Assembly: GCA_964640635.1 (NCBI GenBank)
Contig: CAZXFD010000003.1
Location: 65,149-129,148 of the forward strand
Direction: 5' to 3'
From: an uncultured Gammaproteobacteria bacterium
GTDB taxonomy: Bacteria; Patescibacteriota; Patescibacteriia; UBA1558; S5-K13
Length of the DNA: 64,000 bases
The notes below the pieces were generated by a model. It did not search any database. It worked only from the letters and a program-made list of their open reading frames with translations, and was not told the DNA's origin. Both the position numbers and the translations under genes were made by a program. Within the stretch, counting starts at the first letter, position 1; every line of letters begins with the position of its first letter. This document shows, in pieces, positions 45,755 through 55,845 of this stretch.

Positions 45755-46279
45755 ATGATAGAAATAAATATATTACCAGAAGAATCTAAGAGAAGAATAA
45801 AAACAGACAATATTTATTCTTCTACTAAAAAAATGTTTTTGGTTTTGACGTTGATGGTTTTATTCCTATCCACAATATTGCTTTTGGCACGAATAGCTCT
45901 CAAGTATCAAGTAGATGCTTTTAAAAACTTTTCTGAAATTTATGAAGCATCGAGTAGTACAAGTCCCACCACCAAGAACATAGAAGATGAGGTTATAATG
46001 ATAAAAAAAATTCAAGCAGATCATATAGATTGGTATGAAACCATAGCGAACTTAACGGCTGTATTAGATGGGGATATTATAGTTGAGTCAATTTCGATAG
46101 ACAAAGATACGGCATCTCTTTCTATAGGTGGGGTTGCAAAAACTAGAGAAGCCCTCTTGAAATTAAAGGCAAATTTAGAGGGTGCTGGTAAATATTCATC
46201 AATTGATTTTCCAGTAAAAACATTATTAGAAAAAGAGAATATTAAGTTTGATATTAAAATGAATATAAAGTTTATATGA
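45755..46279 (+). CDS. PilN-like bitopic membrane protein
   Basis: single TM after a short cytoplasmic N-terminus; position after pilM. Confidence 0.4.
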   Translation: MIEINILPEESKRRIKTDNIYSSTKKMFLVLTLMVLFLSTILLLARIALKYQVDAFKNFSEIYEASSSTSPTTKNIEDEVIMIKKIQADHIDWYETIANLTAVLDGDIIVESISIDKDTASLSIGGVAKTREALLKLKANLEGAGKYSSIDFPVKTLLEKENIKFDIKMNIKFI

Positions 46280-46854
46280 AAACAGGGAATATAACAATAA
46301 ATTCAAATTTAAAAACAATTATATCAATAATTTTTTATATACTTTTTTTTATTTTTATACTATATTTTTTTCTTATGGGTTCTATTTCTGAAATTAAGAA
46401 AACAAGTTCAGACATAATAGATAAAAAATCAAAGACAGAGTTTTATTTTGAATCAATGAAATCTAATCAAGATTTTGGCAAGAAAATGGAAATCTTAGAC
46501 CATAAGCTTACTATAATAGAAAATTCTTTTATAGATATAAATAAGCAGGTTGATTTTATAAGGGTTATGGAGGATTTAGCAACAAAATATAATATCAAAC
46601 AAAACATTTCTATAGATAGTGTTGCTTTAAATAGTGCAGACAAATATAAAAAAGTACCAATGGATTTAGCTGTCTCTGGAAATTTTGAAGATATAATGAA
46701 TTATATATCAGCGATTGAATCTCTTAATTATTATATAAATATTAAATTTATAAATCTTTCTGCGGGGTTTATAAGTGCTAATTTTGGGGATCCACAGGCT
46801 CCACAAAAAAAAGGAATTAGCGGAATAATTAAAACGGATACGTATTGGAAATAA
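46276..46854 (+). CDS. PilO-like bitopic membrane protein
   Basis: single TM; 4-bp overlap with the previous gene. Confidence 0.35.
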   Translation: MKTGNITINSNLKTIISIIFYILFFIFILYFFLMGSISEIKKTSSDIIDKKSKTEFYFESMKSNQDFGKKMEILDHKLTIIENSFIDINKQVDFIRVMEDLATKYNIKQNISIDSVALNSADKYKKVPMDLAVSGNFEDIMNYISAIESLNYYINIKFINLSAGFISANFGDPQAPQKKGISGIIKTDTYWK

Positions 46855-46855
46855 A

Positions 46856-47164
46856 ATGAAAAAATTGTTTCAAAATAAAGGAATTACAAGAAAAAAAATA
46901 ATTAGGTATTTTTATTCTATTTCTATTACGATATTTTTAGCGTCATTAGTACTTTTATTTATTTTTATAAAGAAAAATGTTTATGAGGTTATAGAAAATG
47001 GACAGGTTTTAGCAGAGATGAAAATAAAAACAGATTTTGTATCCTTGAATATGAGTCAAGAGAAGTTTGATAAATTAGTATTTGACATAGATAACGCCGT
47101 GAGTAAAATAGAACAAAAAGAGACTATTCAGAAATCAAGTAAAGTCAAAAATCCTTTTTATTGA
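46856..47164 (+). CDS. small bitopic membrane protein (pilus cluster, PilP-like position)
   Basis: 102 aa; one TM. Confidence 0.3.
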   Translation: MKKLFQNKGITRKKIIRYFYSISITIFLASLVLLFIFIKKNVYEVIENGQVLAEMKIKTDFVSLNMSQEKFDKLVFDIDNAVSKIEQKETIQKSSKVKNPFY

Positions 47165-47236
47165 TAAAATTTGATAAATGTACTAAATTTAATAGATAAG
47201 AATTAATATTCCTAGTTGTGCTGGGACAAAAAAGCT

Positions 47237-47875
47237 ATGAAAATAAGTTGGTATGGACATTCTTGTTTTAAAATTAAATGCAAAGAAGCAGATCTCGTGA
47301 TAGATCCATTTTCAGACTCAATAGGTATTAAGATGCCAAAGATGAAGTCTGATGCTGTTTTAATAACCCATGATCACAGTGATCATAACAATGTTTCCGC
47401 TATAAGTGGAGAGCCTATTGTAATAAATGGCCCAGGAGAGTATGAGCTAAAAAATGTTTTTGTTTATGGAAAGCGTGCATACCATGATGATAAAAATGGC
47501 TCAGAAAAAGGATCTGTAACAATATATTTAATAGAGGATGAGGGCATCAAGCTTGTGCATTTAGGAGATTTGGGCCAAAAAAAATTAACAGAAGATCAAC
47601 TAGAGTTTTTAGATGATGTTGATATCTTATTAGTTCCTGTTGGTGGACCATATTCACTTAAATCAGAGGAGGCTATAAATATAATAAATGAAATTGAGCC
47701 ACGCGTTATCATCCCAATGCATTATAAAATAGATGGGGTTAACATAGACTTAGAGAACGTAGATAAATTTGTTAAAGAAATAGGTCTGACGCCAGAGAAA
47801 ATGGATGAATTTAAAGTAAACAAAGACTCTTTCTCAGCAGACGAATTAAAATTGATTATTTTAAATAAGCAATAA
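47237..47875 (+). CDS. MBL-fold metallo-hydrolase
   Basis: LITHDHSDHN (HxHxDH) motif; start at MKISWYGHSCF. Confidence 0.7.
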   Translation: MKISWYGHSCFKIKCKEADLVIDPFSDSIGIKMPKMKSDAVLITHDHSDHNNVSAISGEPIVINGPGEYELKNVFVYGKRAYHDDKNGSEKGSVTIYLIEDEGIKLVHLGDLGQKKLTEDQLEFLDDVDILLVPVGGPYSLKSEEAINIINEIEPRVIIPMHYKIDGVNIDLENVDKFVKEIGLTPEKMDEFKVNKDSFSADELKLIILNKQ

Positions 47876-47876
47876 G

Positions 47877-48596
47877 ATGCAAAAAAATACGCAATTAAAA
47901 ATTTTAGTGTTTATATTTTTTGTAATTATTTTGGTCCTATGGTTTTATGTTAATGGAAAATTTGATAAATTTTCTTTTTCTATGGGAGATGACTTACAGA
48001 GCATAAAGAATCAGTTATCGCAATCTATTTCTGATGTAAAAAACGATCCTAAGATAGCAGAGTTAAACAAAGAAATAAGCATAGCTAAGGATCTTATCAG
48101 ACAAGAAATCTCAACTACAACAAAAAGTGCTTCAACGACGGAGCTTGACAATAGTTTAGCACAAAAAGTATTAGATAGGATTAATAATTCAAGCACTACA
48201 TTAGGAGTTAATGTTAATTATAAATATGATCCATGGAAAATAGAGTTTGAATATCCATCTGATATGGAAAAAGTCATAGATACGAATAACCAGTCGATTT
48301 CTTTAAATGATGAGTTTGGTACTGGTGTTATTATTTACCACAAAGAGTTAAAAGAAAAAACATTTGGAGAGTGGCTTACAAAAAATTTTGATTTAAATAT
48401 TTTAAATAAAGAAGTTATTGATGGGTTAACGTTTTGGTCAAGAAACTATGAGGAGTCGATGACACAATCAAAGGCGTATTATGTAAATTTTGGCAAAAAT
48501 ATTTTTATAATATCAGCAAGTTATAAACAGGAAAATTCTATTGTTGCAATAGAAAAATTAATGACAATTATTAATTCTTTTAAAATAACTAAATAA
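47877..48596 (+). CDS. membrane-anchored hypothetical protein
   Basis: 239 aa; N-terminal TM. Confidence 0.5.
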   Translation: MQKNTQLKILVFIFFVIILVLWFYVNGKFDKFSFSMGDDLQSIKNQLSQSISDVKNDPKIAELNKEISIAKDLIRQEISTTTKSASTTELDNSLAQKVLDRINNSSTTLGVNVNYKYDPWKIEFEYPSDMEKVIDTNNQSISLNDEFGTGVIIYHKELKEKTFGEWLTKNFDLNILNKEVIDGLTFWSRNYEESMTQSKAYYVNFGKNIFIISASYKQENSIVAIEKLMTIINSFKITK

Positions 48597-48641
48597 ATTT
48601 AAATTTTTAAAATAGTATTTAATAAGCCATAAATTAAAATT

Positions 48642-48878
48642 ATGGAAAATGATTTTCAAAAAGACAAAATAGATGATGTTTTTTCTGATCTTGAAACATC
48701 TATTGACACAGGAGATGGACGGGCAGAAATGTCAGTCCCTAATTATGAGGCTGAGATGGTTTTAGATGAGCCTAGAGAAGAAAAATATGAAAATAATAAG
48801 AAATCAAATTTGGGATTTTTTGTTATTTTGGCAGTTATATTAACACTTGGAGTCCTGATAATTTTTCGTATTTTGTAG
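48642..48878 (+). CDS. small C-tail-anchored acidic protein
   Basis: 78 aa; C-terminal TM. Confidence 0.4.
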   Translation: MENDFQKDKIDDVFSDLETSIDTGDGRAEMSVPNYEAEMVLDEPREEKYENNKKSNLGFFVILAVILTLGVLIIFRIL

Positions 48879-48959
48879 TAATGATTTGGATAATTTGTAG
48901 TCTTCATATAGAGGCGCATGTTTTAAATTGAGAAGCGGTATTTTCCGTTTCTTTGATTC

Positions 48960-48988
48960 TTGACTAAAGGTAATATTATTGTTATATT
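48960..48988 (+). promoter_or_regulatory. sigma70-type promoter TTGACT-17-TATATT upstream of rpmH
   Basis: hexamers and spacer read directly. Confidence 0.4.
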
Positions 48989-49020
48989 AGAGCGTAGTTA
49001 ATAAATATTTAGAAAAAGAT

Positions 49021-49158
49021 ATGCCAAAGCGAACATTTCAACCAAAAAAGATAAAAAGAGCCAAAAGACATGGTTTTATGCAAAGAATGTCTAGTGTTGG
49101 CGGCAAAAGAGTGTTGTCTAGTAGACGTGCAAAGGGTAGAAAAAAACTTAGCGCCTAA
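49021..49158 (+). CDS. rpmH: 50S ribosomal protein L34 (45 aa, below ORF-track cutoff)
   Basis: translation [45 protein letters not shown] matches the bL34 consensus. Confidence 0.9.
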   Translation: MPKRTFQPKKIKRAKRHGFMQRMSSVGGKRVLSSRRAKGRKKLSA

Positions 49159-49162
49159 ATTT

Positions 49163-49558
49163 ATGCTTGCTAAAAAATTTAGAATAAAATTTAAAAAGGA
49201 CTTTGATAATATATTAAAGTCGCGAAATAAATTTTTTAGTAATAATTTCAGCATAAAATTTTATCCAAATTATCAGGATATAAGCAAGTTTTCTATAGTT
49301 GTTTCAACAAAAATTTCAAAGAAAGCAACGGTAAGAAATCAACTTCGAAGAAGAATATTTGAAATTTTAAGACTTAAAATGCCAAATATAAAATCTGGAT
49401 ATAGTGTTATGATATTTGCAAAACAGGGCGCTATATTATTAGATTATGAAAATTTAGAGCAAGAAATCTTTTATCTATTAAATAAGTCTAGGTTACTTAA
49501 ATATGAAAAAGATACTCTTAAAGATTATAAGAATTTATCAAAAAACCATATCTCCTGA
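49163..49558 (+). CDS. rnpA: RNase P protein component
   Basis: starts [15 protein letters not shown] 4 nt after the rpmH stop; [28 protein letters not shown] matches the RnpA RNR-like motif; ORF-track entry 49070 is over-extended. Confidence 0.8.
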   Translation: MLAKKFRIKFKKDFDNILKSRNKFFSNNFSIKFYPNYQDISKFSIVVSTKISKKATVRNQLRRRIFEILRLKMPNIKSGYSVMIFAKQGAILLDYENLEQEIFYLLNKSRLLKYEKDTLKDYKNLSKNHIS

Positions 49559-49736
49559 TCATGGATTTTTTGCATATAAACATCCCGCTGGACTTTGTAG
49601 ATATTATCCAAGTTGTTCGCAGTATGGGTACAATGCTATTTCAAAACATGGCGTTATGCAGGGCTTGTTTATGACAGTTAAGAGAATTCTAAGATGTAAT
49701 CCATTTTCAAAAGGAGGATATGATCCGGTAGAATAA
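49503..49736 (+). CDS. yidD: membrane protein insertion efficiency factor YidD
   Basis: [19 protein letters not shown] ... [16 protein letters not shown] signature. Confidence 0.8.
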   Translation: MKKILLKIIRIYQKTISPDHGFFAYKHPAGLCRYYPSCSQYGYNAISKHGVMQGLFMTVKRILRCNPFSKGGYDPVE

Positions 49737-49880
49737 TTTTCAATTTTAAATTTTCAAATGATTTATTATTTATGTATTTGTAAATTCTAATAGTAAATAT
49801 ATAAATAATAAATTAATAACAAAATCAAAAATAACAAATAACAAATAACAAATCTCGCTAAGCGAGATAAATAAAACAAT

Positions 49881-50636
49881 ATGGGTAATTTATTTCACGT
49901 AGTTTTGTATCAACCACTTTTTAATCTACTAGTGTTTTTTTATAATCTTATTCCAGATATAGGTGTTTCTATTATAATCATTACTCTTATAGTGAAGATA
50001 ATTTTATTTCCACTTTCTAGAAAAGCTGCAAAATCTCAAAGAGCTTTGCAACTCATGCAACCAAAAATAGAAGCATTGAAAGCACAGTACAAAGATGATA
50101 AAGAAAAATTAGCAAAGGAAACAATGCTTCTTTATAAAAATGAAAAGATAAATCCATTTTCATCATGCTTACCACTTTTGATACAGTTCCCAATTATTAT
50201 AGCTGTTTATCAGGTATTTATGAGTGGACTTAAAGTAAACGATTTTCAAGAATTATATAGTTTTATTACAAATCCAGGAGTAATAAATACAACAATGCTT
50301 GGTATTTCATGGCTCGATTTATCAAAGCCATTAATATTTCTTGGAGTACTTGCTGGCGCAGCACAATTTTGGCAAAGTAGGATTTTGATGGCAAAAACTA
50401 AACTACACAAAGTAAATGACGATAAGAAAGAGCCGGGAATTCCAGAGATGATGAATAAGCAGATGATGTATATGATGCCTATTATCACAGTTGTAATTAG
50501 CGCATCTCTTCCAGGTGGACTTGCACTATATTGGTTTGTGATGACTTTGTTTAGTGTATTCGAACAATATTTAGCAAATAAGTCTATTGCTCAGAAAGAT
50601 GGCAACATTGTGCCAGAGGTTATTGATATAAAATAG
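49881..50636 (+). CDS. yidC: membrane protein insertase YidC (short Oxa1-type form)
   Basis: 251 aa, 5 TM; N-terminal LYQPLFNLLVFFYN and conserved hydrophilic-groove region. Confidence 0.85.
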   Translation: MGNLFHVVLYQPLFNLLVFFYNLIPDIGVSIIIITLIVKIILFPLSRKAAKSQRALQLMQPKIEALKAQYKDDKEKLAKETMLLYKNEKINPFSSCLPLLIQFPIIIAVYQVFMSGLKVNDFQELYSFITNPGVINTTMLGISWLDLSKPLIFLGVLAGAAQFWQSRILMAKTKLHKVNDDKKEPGIPEMMNKQMMYMMPIITVVISASLPGGLALYWFVMTLFSVFEQYLANKSIAQKDGNIVPEVIDIK

Positions 50637-50808
50637 GGGAAAGGGGAAAGGCGAAAAGAATAAGAATTGAATATTAAATTAGAACAAAAGAAAACACTTC
50701 AGTTGAGCTTAGGGGTGTTTTTTTATATAGAGTTTATTCATCGACAAATAAAAAAACTCCTTTCAAAGGGAGTCAATAATCTGGAATCTGAATGTTGATA
50801 GCTGACAG

Positions 50809-51549
50809 CTAGAACCGTCTATTTCCACCGACTATAATATTTAATTTATTGTTTGCTAGATCAATTTTAACGGGGGTGTTAATTGATTGAAAATTATCAA
50901 AAGCAATAGGAATAGATTCTTCTTCAGATGTAATGGCTATTGTTTTAGCTCTAATCATGCTGTGTTGGGATTTTTTTGAAAAAAGTTTACCAGGTTTTTC
51001 TATACAAATTTCAAGTTTTTCATCTTTTGGGTTTGAGGTGCACATAGAATTGTCATTTTCAAAGTCTATGTTTTTTATAGTAATTTTATCACCCCTTTCT
51101 ATCGTCATTTTGAAATTATCTATTTTTATAGCTGTATTTTTATGACTTATAAAATTGAGTGCATGAATAAATATTTTTTGATTAACTTGCCATACATCTA
51201 TTTTTTCTATTATTCTTCCACTTACAATATTGCAAGCAAGTTCGCCACCAGGTATTCCAAAGTAATTTGCAAAAGCACTTTTTGAGTCTATTGGTATAAA
51301 TCCAAAAGTTATTCCCTGAGAAAGCGAGGACTCTATTACATGGGTAAGTGTTTTGTCATTGCCAACAACGACCGCTGTATGAGCGCCCTTTTTTATTTCT
51401 TCTTTAATAAAATTGCCAACATTTTTGAGTAAGTTTAGCTGATATATTTTTCCTTTTATATCAAGGTCAGTTACTCGATTCTCTATTTTATTTAGAAGAT
51501 TTTTATATTTTTTCTCTTTTAGACAAGAGTCGTATATATATAGATACAT
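50809..51549 (-). CDS. diacylglycerol-kinase catalytic domain (DAGK_cat/YegS-like) lipid kinase, degenerate glycine loop
   Basis: AHTAVVVGNDKTLTHVIESS ... FGFIPIDSKSAFANYFGIP. Confidence 0.5.
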   Translation of the reverse strand: MYLYIYDSCLKEKKYKNLLNKIENRVTDLDIKGKIYQLNLLKNVGNFIKEEIKKGAHTAVVVGNDKTLTHVIESSLSQGITFGFIPIDSKSAFANYFGIPGGELACNIVSGRIIEKIDVWQVNQKIFIHALNFISHKNTAIKIDNFKMTIERGDKITIKNIDFENDNSMCTSNPKDEKLEICIEKPGKLFSKKSQHSMIRAKTIAITSEEESIPIAFDNFQSINTPVKIDLANNKLNIIVGGNRRF

Positions 51550-51639
51550 AAATTAAGATATAAACGGGTTATAAAGTTTCTGCCGGAGGCGGATCCGCTT
51601 TTAGCGGAAAAAAACAAAAAGTCGAAAGTTTGGAGCGGA

Positions 51640-52050
51640 TTATTCTAATTCTTCTTTTTTCTCAATTTTTCCTTTAGAGTTGATTTGCATTTGTTTGTTT
51701 TGTTGATCTCCTACTTTTACATTGCCATTTATTTCACAACCAGATTCAACTGCAATAGATTGTGCTTTGATATCACCTTTAATAATAGCAGTTTTTGCTA
51801 TATCAAGAGATTCCTCGACATCTATATTACCAATAACCCTTCCAGATATAAAAGCACTTTTTGCATTTATATTTGCGTTTATTTCTGCATTTTCTCCTAC
51901 TAATACATGGCCATCTGTTGAAAAAGAACCATTTAGTCTTCCTTCTACAACGACATTTCCATGACCATTGAAATCGCCTTCTAAAATCACAGATTCACCT
52001 ATAATGGTTTCTGTATTTTTGATACTACTCATATCTTCTTTTTTAAACAT
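51640..52050 (-). CDS. bactofilin (polymer-forming cytoskeletal protein, DUF583)
   Basis: beta-helical repeats IIGESVILEGDFNGHGNVVVEGRLNGSFSTDGHVLVGENAEINANINAKSAFISGRVIGNIDV. Confidence 0.8.
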   Translation of the reverse strand: MFKKEDMSSIKNTETIIGESVILEGDFNGHGNVVVEGRLNGSFSTDGHVLVGENAEINANINAKSAFISGRVIGNIDVEESLDIAKTAIIKGDIKAQSIAVESGCEINGNVKVGDQQNKQMQINSKGKIEKKEELE

Positions 52051-52205
52051 ATATTTATTTGATATTTAATTTACTCAATCATAAAGAGTGAGTATTAATA
52101 ATTAGATTACTAACATAATTTTAAGTGTTAATCTTGGTCGTGTCAACATTGACCCACCCACCCTTAAATTGTGTGGTATATAAGGTAATTTTGGTTTATT
52201 TATAA

Positions 52206-52240
52206 TAAAAATAGAGATGATTTGCGGGTCATCTCTATTT
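52206..52240 (-). terminator. intrinsic terminator of nusA
   Basis: atagagatgatttgcgggtcatctctat hairpin with A-run on plus strand (T-run on minus). Confidence 0.5.
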
Positions 52241-52272
52241 GAAATAAGTCAATTTAAGGGTGGGGGGGGGGA

Positions 52273-53490
52273 TTATTCTTCTGCTGAGTGATTTTCTATA
52301 TTTTCCTTTTCTTCATCTGAATTTTTGATGATTTCTTCTTCGTTTGTTGTTTCTTTATCAAAGAATCCTTCAGCACCTTCTATGTCTATTTTCCAACCAG
52401 TTAATTTTGCAGCGAGTTTTACATTTTGACCTTCACGACCTATTGCAAGTGATAGCTGGTCCTCAGCAACTTTTACAATAGCAGTCTGTGCTTCTTTGTT
52501 TAACTCTATGTTTATTACTTTTGCAGGAGAAAGAGCATTTTTGATAAAAACGTGAAAATCTTTGTCCCATTCTATAATATCTATTTTTTCTCCACCAAGT
52601 TCTCCTATAATCGTTTGAACACGAGATCCCTTTTGTCCAACACATGAACCAACTGGATCTATATTTTCTTGATTACTTGATACAGCGATTTTTGTTCTAA
52701 ACCCAGGATCTCTTGCAATGGCTTTTATCTCTACAATTCCATTGGCAATTTCTGGAACTTCAAGACTAAATATTTTATTTATTATTTCTGGATGTGCACG
52801 AGATACTAGAATTCTTGGACCACGTGGAGTAATATCTGTTTTTAGAATCATGACCTTAAGTCTGGATCCTATTGAGTAATTATCTGTTTTTACTTGCTCT
52901 TCTGGGGGAAGTATTCCAATGGTTCTATTTAGATCTACTAATACATTTGGACCTTCTCTGCGCTGTACTACTGTATTTATAACCTCGCCCTCTCTTTGTT
53001 GGAAGTCGCTTATAATCATTTCTCTTTCAGCTTCTCTTATTTTTTGTATTATAACTTGTTTTGCTGTTTGAGCTGCTATTCTTCCGAAGTCACTTGGAAT
53101 TTCAAGAGCAGTTATTAATTCTTCGCCAAGTTTAATTTTTTTGTTATGGGTTTTTGCCTCGCTCAACATTATTTCTGTTTTTGGATTAAATCTATTTATA
53201 CCCTCTGGCATCTCTTCACCCTCTTTTAAGGTGTCTTTTATGGCATTGTATTCTTCTAATTCTTTTTCTATGTCGCGATCTTCTACAACTATTTTTACGT
53301 CATGTATTTCTACATCACCATTGTCAATATTGAATTTAACTTTGAGATTTTGATTTTTATCTCCAAAATCTTTTCTATACGCAGCCCCAAGAGCTGCCTC
53401 TATCCCTTCGATGACAGACTCTATAGAGATATTTTTTTCTTCACAAATTGTTTGTATTGCTTGTTTTATTTCTTCTATGTTTGCAAACAT
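52273..53490 (-). CDS. nusA: transcription termination/antitermination protein NusA
   Basis: 405 aa; N-terminal MFANIEEIKQAIQTICEEKNISIESVIEGIEAALGAAYRK; S1 and tandem KH regions; acidic C-terminal tail. Confidence 0.9.
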   Translation of the reverse strand: MFANIEEIKQAIQTICEEKNISIESVIEGIEAALGAAYRKDFGDKNQNLKVKFNIDNGDVEIHDVKIVVEDRDIEKELEEYNAIKDTLKEGEEMPEGINRFNPKTEIMLSEAKTHNKKIKLGEELITALEIPSDFGRIAAQTAKQVIIQKIREAEREMIISDFQQREGEVINTVVQRREGPNVLVDLNRTIGILPPEEQVKTDNYSIGSRLKVMILKTDITPRGPRILVSRAHPEIINKIFSLEVPEIANGIVEIKAIARDPGFRTKIAVSSNQENIDPVGSCVGQKGSRVQTIIGELGGEKIDIIEWDKDFHVFIKNALSPAKVINIELNKEAQTAIVKVAEDQLSLAIGREGQNVKLAAKLTGWKIDIEGAEGFFDKETTNEEEIIKNSDEEKENIENHSAEE

Positions 53491-53538
53491 GGATTTAGTG
53501 GGCTAGTAGATTATTAGGGTTAGTGGGCTGGGAAATTC

Positions 53539-53570
53539 CTAACCATCTAACCATCTAACCATCTAACCAT
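53539..53570 (+). repeat. 8-bp tandem repeat CTAACCAT x4, preceded by two TTAGTGGGCT units
   Basis: read directly. Confidence 0.6.
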
Positions 53571-53662
53571 CAGTAATTAAAATTTAAAAAAACTAGTATA
53601 ATGATGTATACTAGGATAATATTATATTAGCATAAATATTTTTATTCGTCAATGCAAAATTT

Positions 53663-53959
53663 ATGAAATCCATAAAAACTTCAAAAAACAAGTATTTATT
53701 ACCTATTGAAGCAGAAATTGATCTCCATGGAATGACAAGGTCTGAGGCAGTGCAAGAGGTTATGCACTTTTTGAAAGATTGTGCATCAGACCATCATTAT
53801 AAAGTAAGAATTATTACTGGCCGTGGATTGCACTCAAAAAATAATGAGGGGGTTTTGAAAAATCATATAGAAAATTATTTGAGTGATCATGGATACAAGT
53901 TTTCAGGTGCAAAGATAAATGAAGGAGGAGAAGGTGCGCTTATCGTTTTTCTAGATTAA
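53663..53959 (+). CDS. Smr-domain protein
   Basis: EIDLHGMTRSEAVQEVMHFL ... ITGRGLHS Smr signature. Confidence 0.7.
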   Translation: MKSIKTSKNKYLLPIEAEIDLHGMTRSEAVQEVMHFLKDCASDHHYKVRIITGRGLHSKNNEGVLKNHIENYLSDHGYKFSGAKINEGGEGALIVFLD

Positions 53960-53989
53960 AAAAATAAACGAATAGTATGACGGGTGTGC

Positions 53990-54619
53990 TCATTTTCTTT
54001 TTTTAAATGCGAAAGAAATAATTATCATTGAAATTTGAAGCAATAAATTTAGAATGATAATTGAAATAACACCAAGTAAGATACTAGAGAGAAATTGAGA
54101 TTTTATAAAAAAGGATATTATAATAAGTGGCCAAATATTTTTTAAGTCTTGAAAAGACGGACCTATCATTGCCCCAGAATTTAATATAAGTAGAATAAAT
54201 ACAAGAGACTGCCATTTTATGAAATTTAGTTTATTGAGAATTTCTAATATGTACTTTGGTATTTCAGAAATGTTATTTATGGTTTTAAAAACTACAAAAT
54301 CGTTTAATAATAGGTGATTTATCAAAGTTATAAACAATATTCCTCCTGCAATAGGAGCGAGCGATATAAGCGCTTGTCCTAGTATTGGTATTTTTGATTT
54401 TTGATGAGTTATATGTGGTGATTTAGAAAAAATAGAGGCATCTGTTATTTTTGCTCCAGTTAATACACAGAGTGTTGCATGGGATAGTTCGTGTATAATT
54501 GCTCCGACATAATATAGCCATCTTACAAAATAAGAATTCAAAAATCTACCATTTAATAAATTACTAAAATAGCCAAGAACTGTTATTGAAATTATTAAAA
54601 TGCCCAAATTAAAGTTCAT
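53990..54619 (-). CDS. polytopic membrane protein with intramembrane HELSH motif (site-2-protease-like zinc metalloprotease candidate)
   Basis: YVGAIIHELSHATLCVLTGA HExxH motif inside a TM helix; 209 aa. Confidence 0.45.
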   Translation of the reverse strand: MNFNLGILIISITVLGYFSNLLNGRFLNSYFVRWLYYVGAIIHELSHATLCVLTGAKITDASIFSKSPHITHQKSKIPILGQALISLAPIAGGILFITLINHLLLNDFVVFKTINNISEIPKYILEILNKLNFIKWQSLVFILLILNSGAMIGPSFQDLKNIWPLIIISFFIKSQFLSSILLGVISIIILNLLLQISMIIISFAFKKRK

Positions 54620-54750
54620 ATTTTGATTGATTCTTTTATAAGTAAATAATATAATGATATTAGTAAGTTAGCAAGTTAGTGGGTTAGGAAATTAGTTTCA
54701 TAGCCCCTTGGTTTCGTAGAGAAATACATTTATTTTTTACTATGAAACTT

Positions 54751-54792
54751 TAGCAACTAAGCAACTAACCTTAGTAACTAAGCAACTAACCT
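54751..54792 (+). repeat. 21-bp tandem repeat x2 (TAGCAACTAAGCAACTAACCT / TAGTAACTAAGCAACTAACCT) abutting a TTGACA hexamer
   Basis: read directly. Confidence 0.55.
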
Positions 54793-54834
54793 TGACATAA
54801 GTCTAAATTTTTAATAACCTAACTATACAATTTT

Positions 54835-55395
54835 ATGAACGATAAACAAGCTGGAGGAAATCAGCTTTTGAATCCACAGGAAATTTTAGAAAAAAAACTG
54901 AAATTAGGATACGGCTCTTATGTTGGAGCGCTTGGTTGTGGACCAAAGGCATACTTTGCTTTTCAAGCGGCAAGAATTGTCGGTGATAGAGGACTTGTCT
55001 ATGCGGTGGATATTCTAAAAGATATTCTTTCTTCTGTAGATAGTCATGCAAAATCAAACGGTTTTGACAACGTTAGAACAGTTTGGAGTAACTTGGAAGT
55101 ATATGGAGCAACCAAAATTCCAGAAAGCTCACTGGATCTAAGTATGCTTGTAAATGTGCTGTTTCAATCAACTAATATGCCAGAGATGATTAAAGAGGCT
55201 ATACGTCTTATAAAAAAAGGTGGTAAGCTACTTATAATAGATTGGAAAGACATTGGAACTCCAATAGGCCCAAAAGGTGAAAAAAGAGTAGATCCTTTGA
55301 AGATAAAAGAATATGCTGATGTTTTTGGAATGAAATTAGAACAAGAGTTTGAGGCTGGACAATATCACTTTGGACTTGTATTTATAAAAAATTAA
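54835..55395 (+). CDS. class I SAM-dependent methyltransferase
   Basis: VGALGCGPKAY glycine-rich motif I and ... LIIDW motif. Confidence 0.55.
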   Translation: MNDKQAGGNQLLNPQEILEKKLKLGYGSYVGALGCGPKAYFAFQAARIVGDRGLVYAVDILKDILSSVDSHAKSNGFDNVRTVWSNLEVYGATKIPESSLDLSMLVNVLFQSTNMPEMIKEAIRLIKKGGKLLIIDWKDIGTPIGPKGEKRVDPLKIKEYADVFGMKLEQEFEAGQYHFGLVFIKN

Positions 55396-55434
55396 GAATA
55401 ATCTTGTCAGATATTAAGACGGGACAATAATATA

Positions 55435-55845
55435 ATGAATGTACAAATTTTCTTTCAGTATTTCTTCGATGCTTATCCACCAATTATAAAAAGTGGAACT
55501 TTTTATGGTCTCCTTATTTTTTCTGTATTATCTGTTGTTGTAGGAACTGTCATAAAAGAATATTTGATAAAAAAACCAGAATTTAGAAAAAGAATAGACA
55601 GATATCAAAAAGCTTTAATTATAAAATTGTCAGATATCTTTATAACATTAGGTATCATAAATGTTTTCTTTATTTTTTTTAGAAAGTTGAGGGTGCCTTA
55701 TTTTCAAATGAGATTTATTTTGTTTTTGTGGTTTATTTTTATTGCTGTTTGGATAATAAATACACTACAACACTATGTAGTAACAGTACCAAAGCTTCGT
55801 GAACAGGATGAAAAAGTTAAGAAGTATGAGCAGTATATTAGTTAG
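55435..55845 (+). CDS. membrane hypothetical protein
   Basis: 136 aa; 3-4 TM. Confidence 0.5.
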   Translation: MNVQIFFQYFFDAYPPIIKSGTFYGLLIFSVLSVVVGTVIKEYLIKKPEFRKRIDRYQKALIIKLSDIFITLGIINVFFIFFRKLRVPYFQMRFILFLWFIFIAVWIINTLQHYVVTVPKLREQDEKVKKYEQYIS

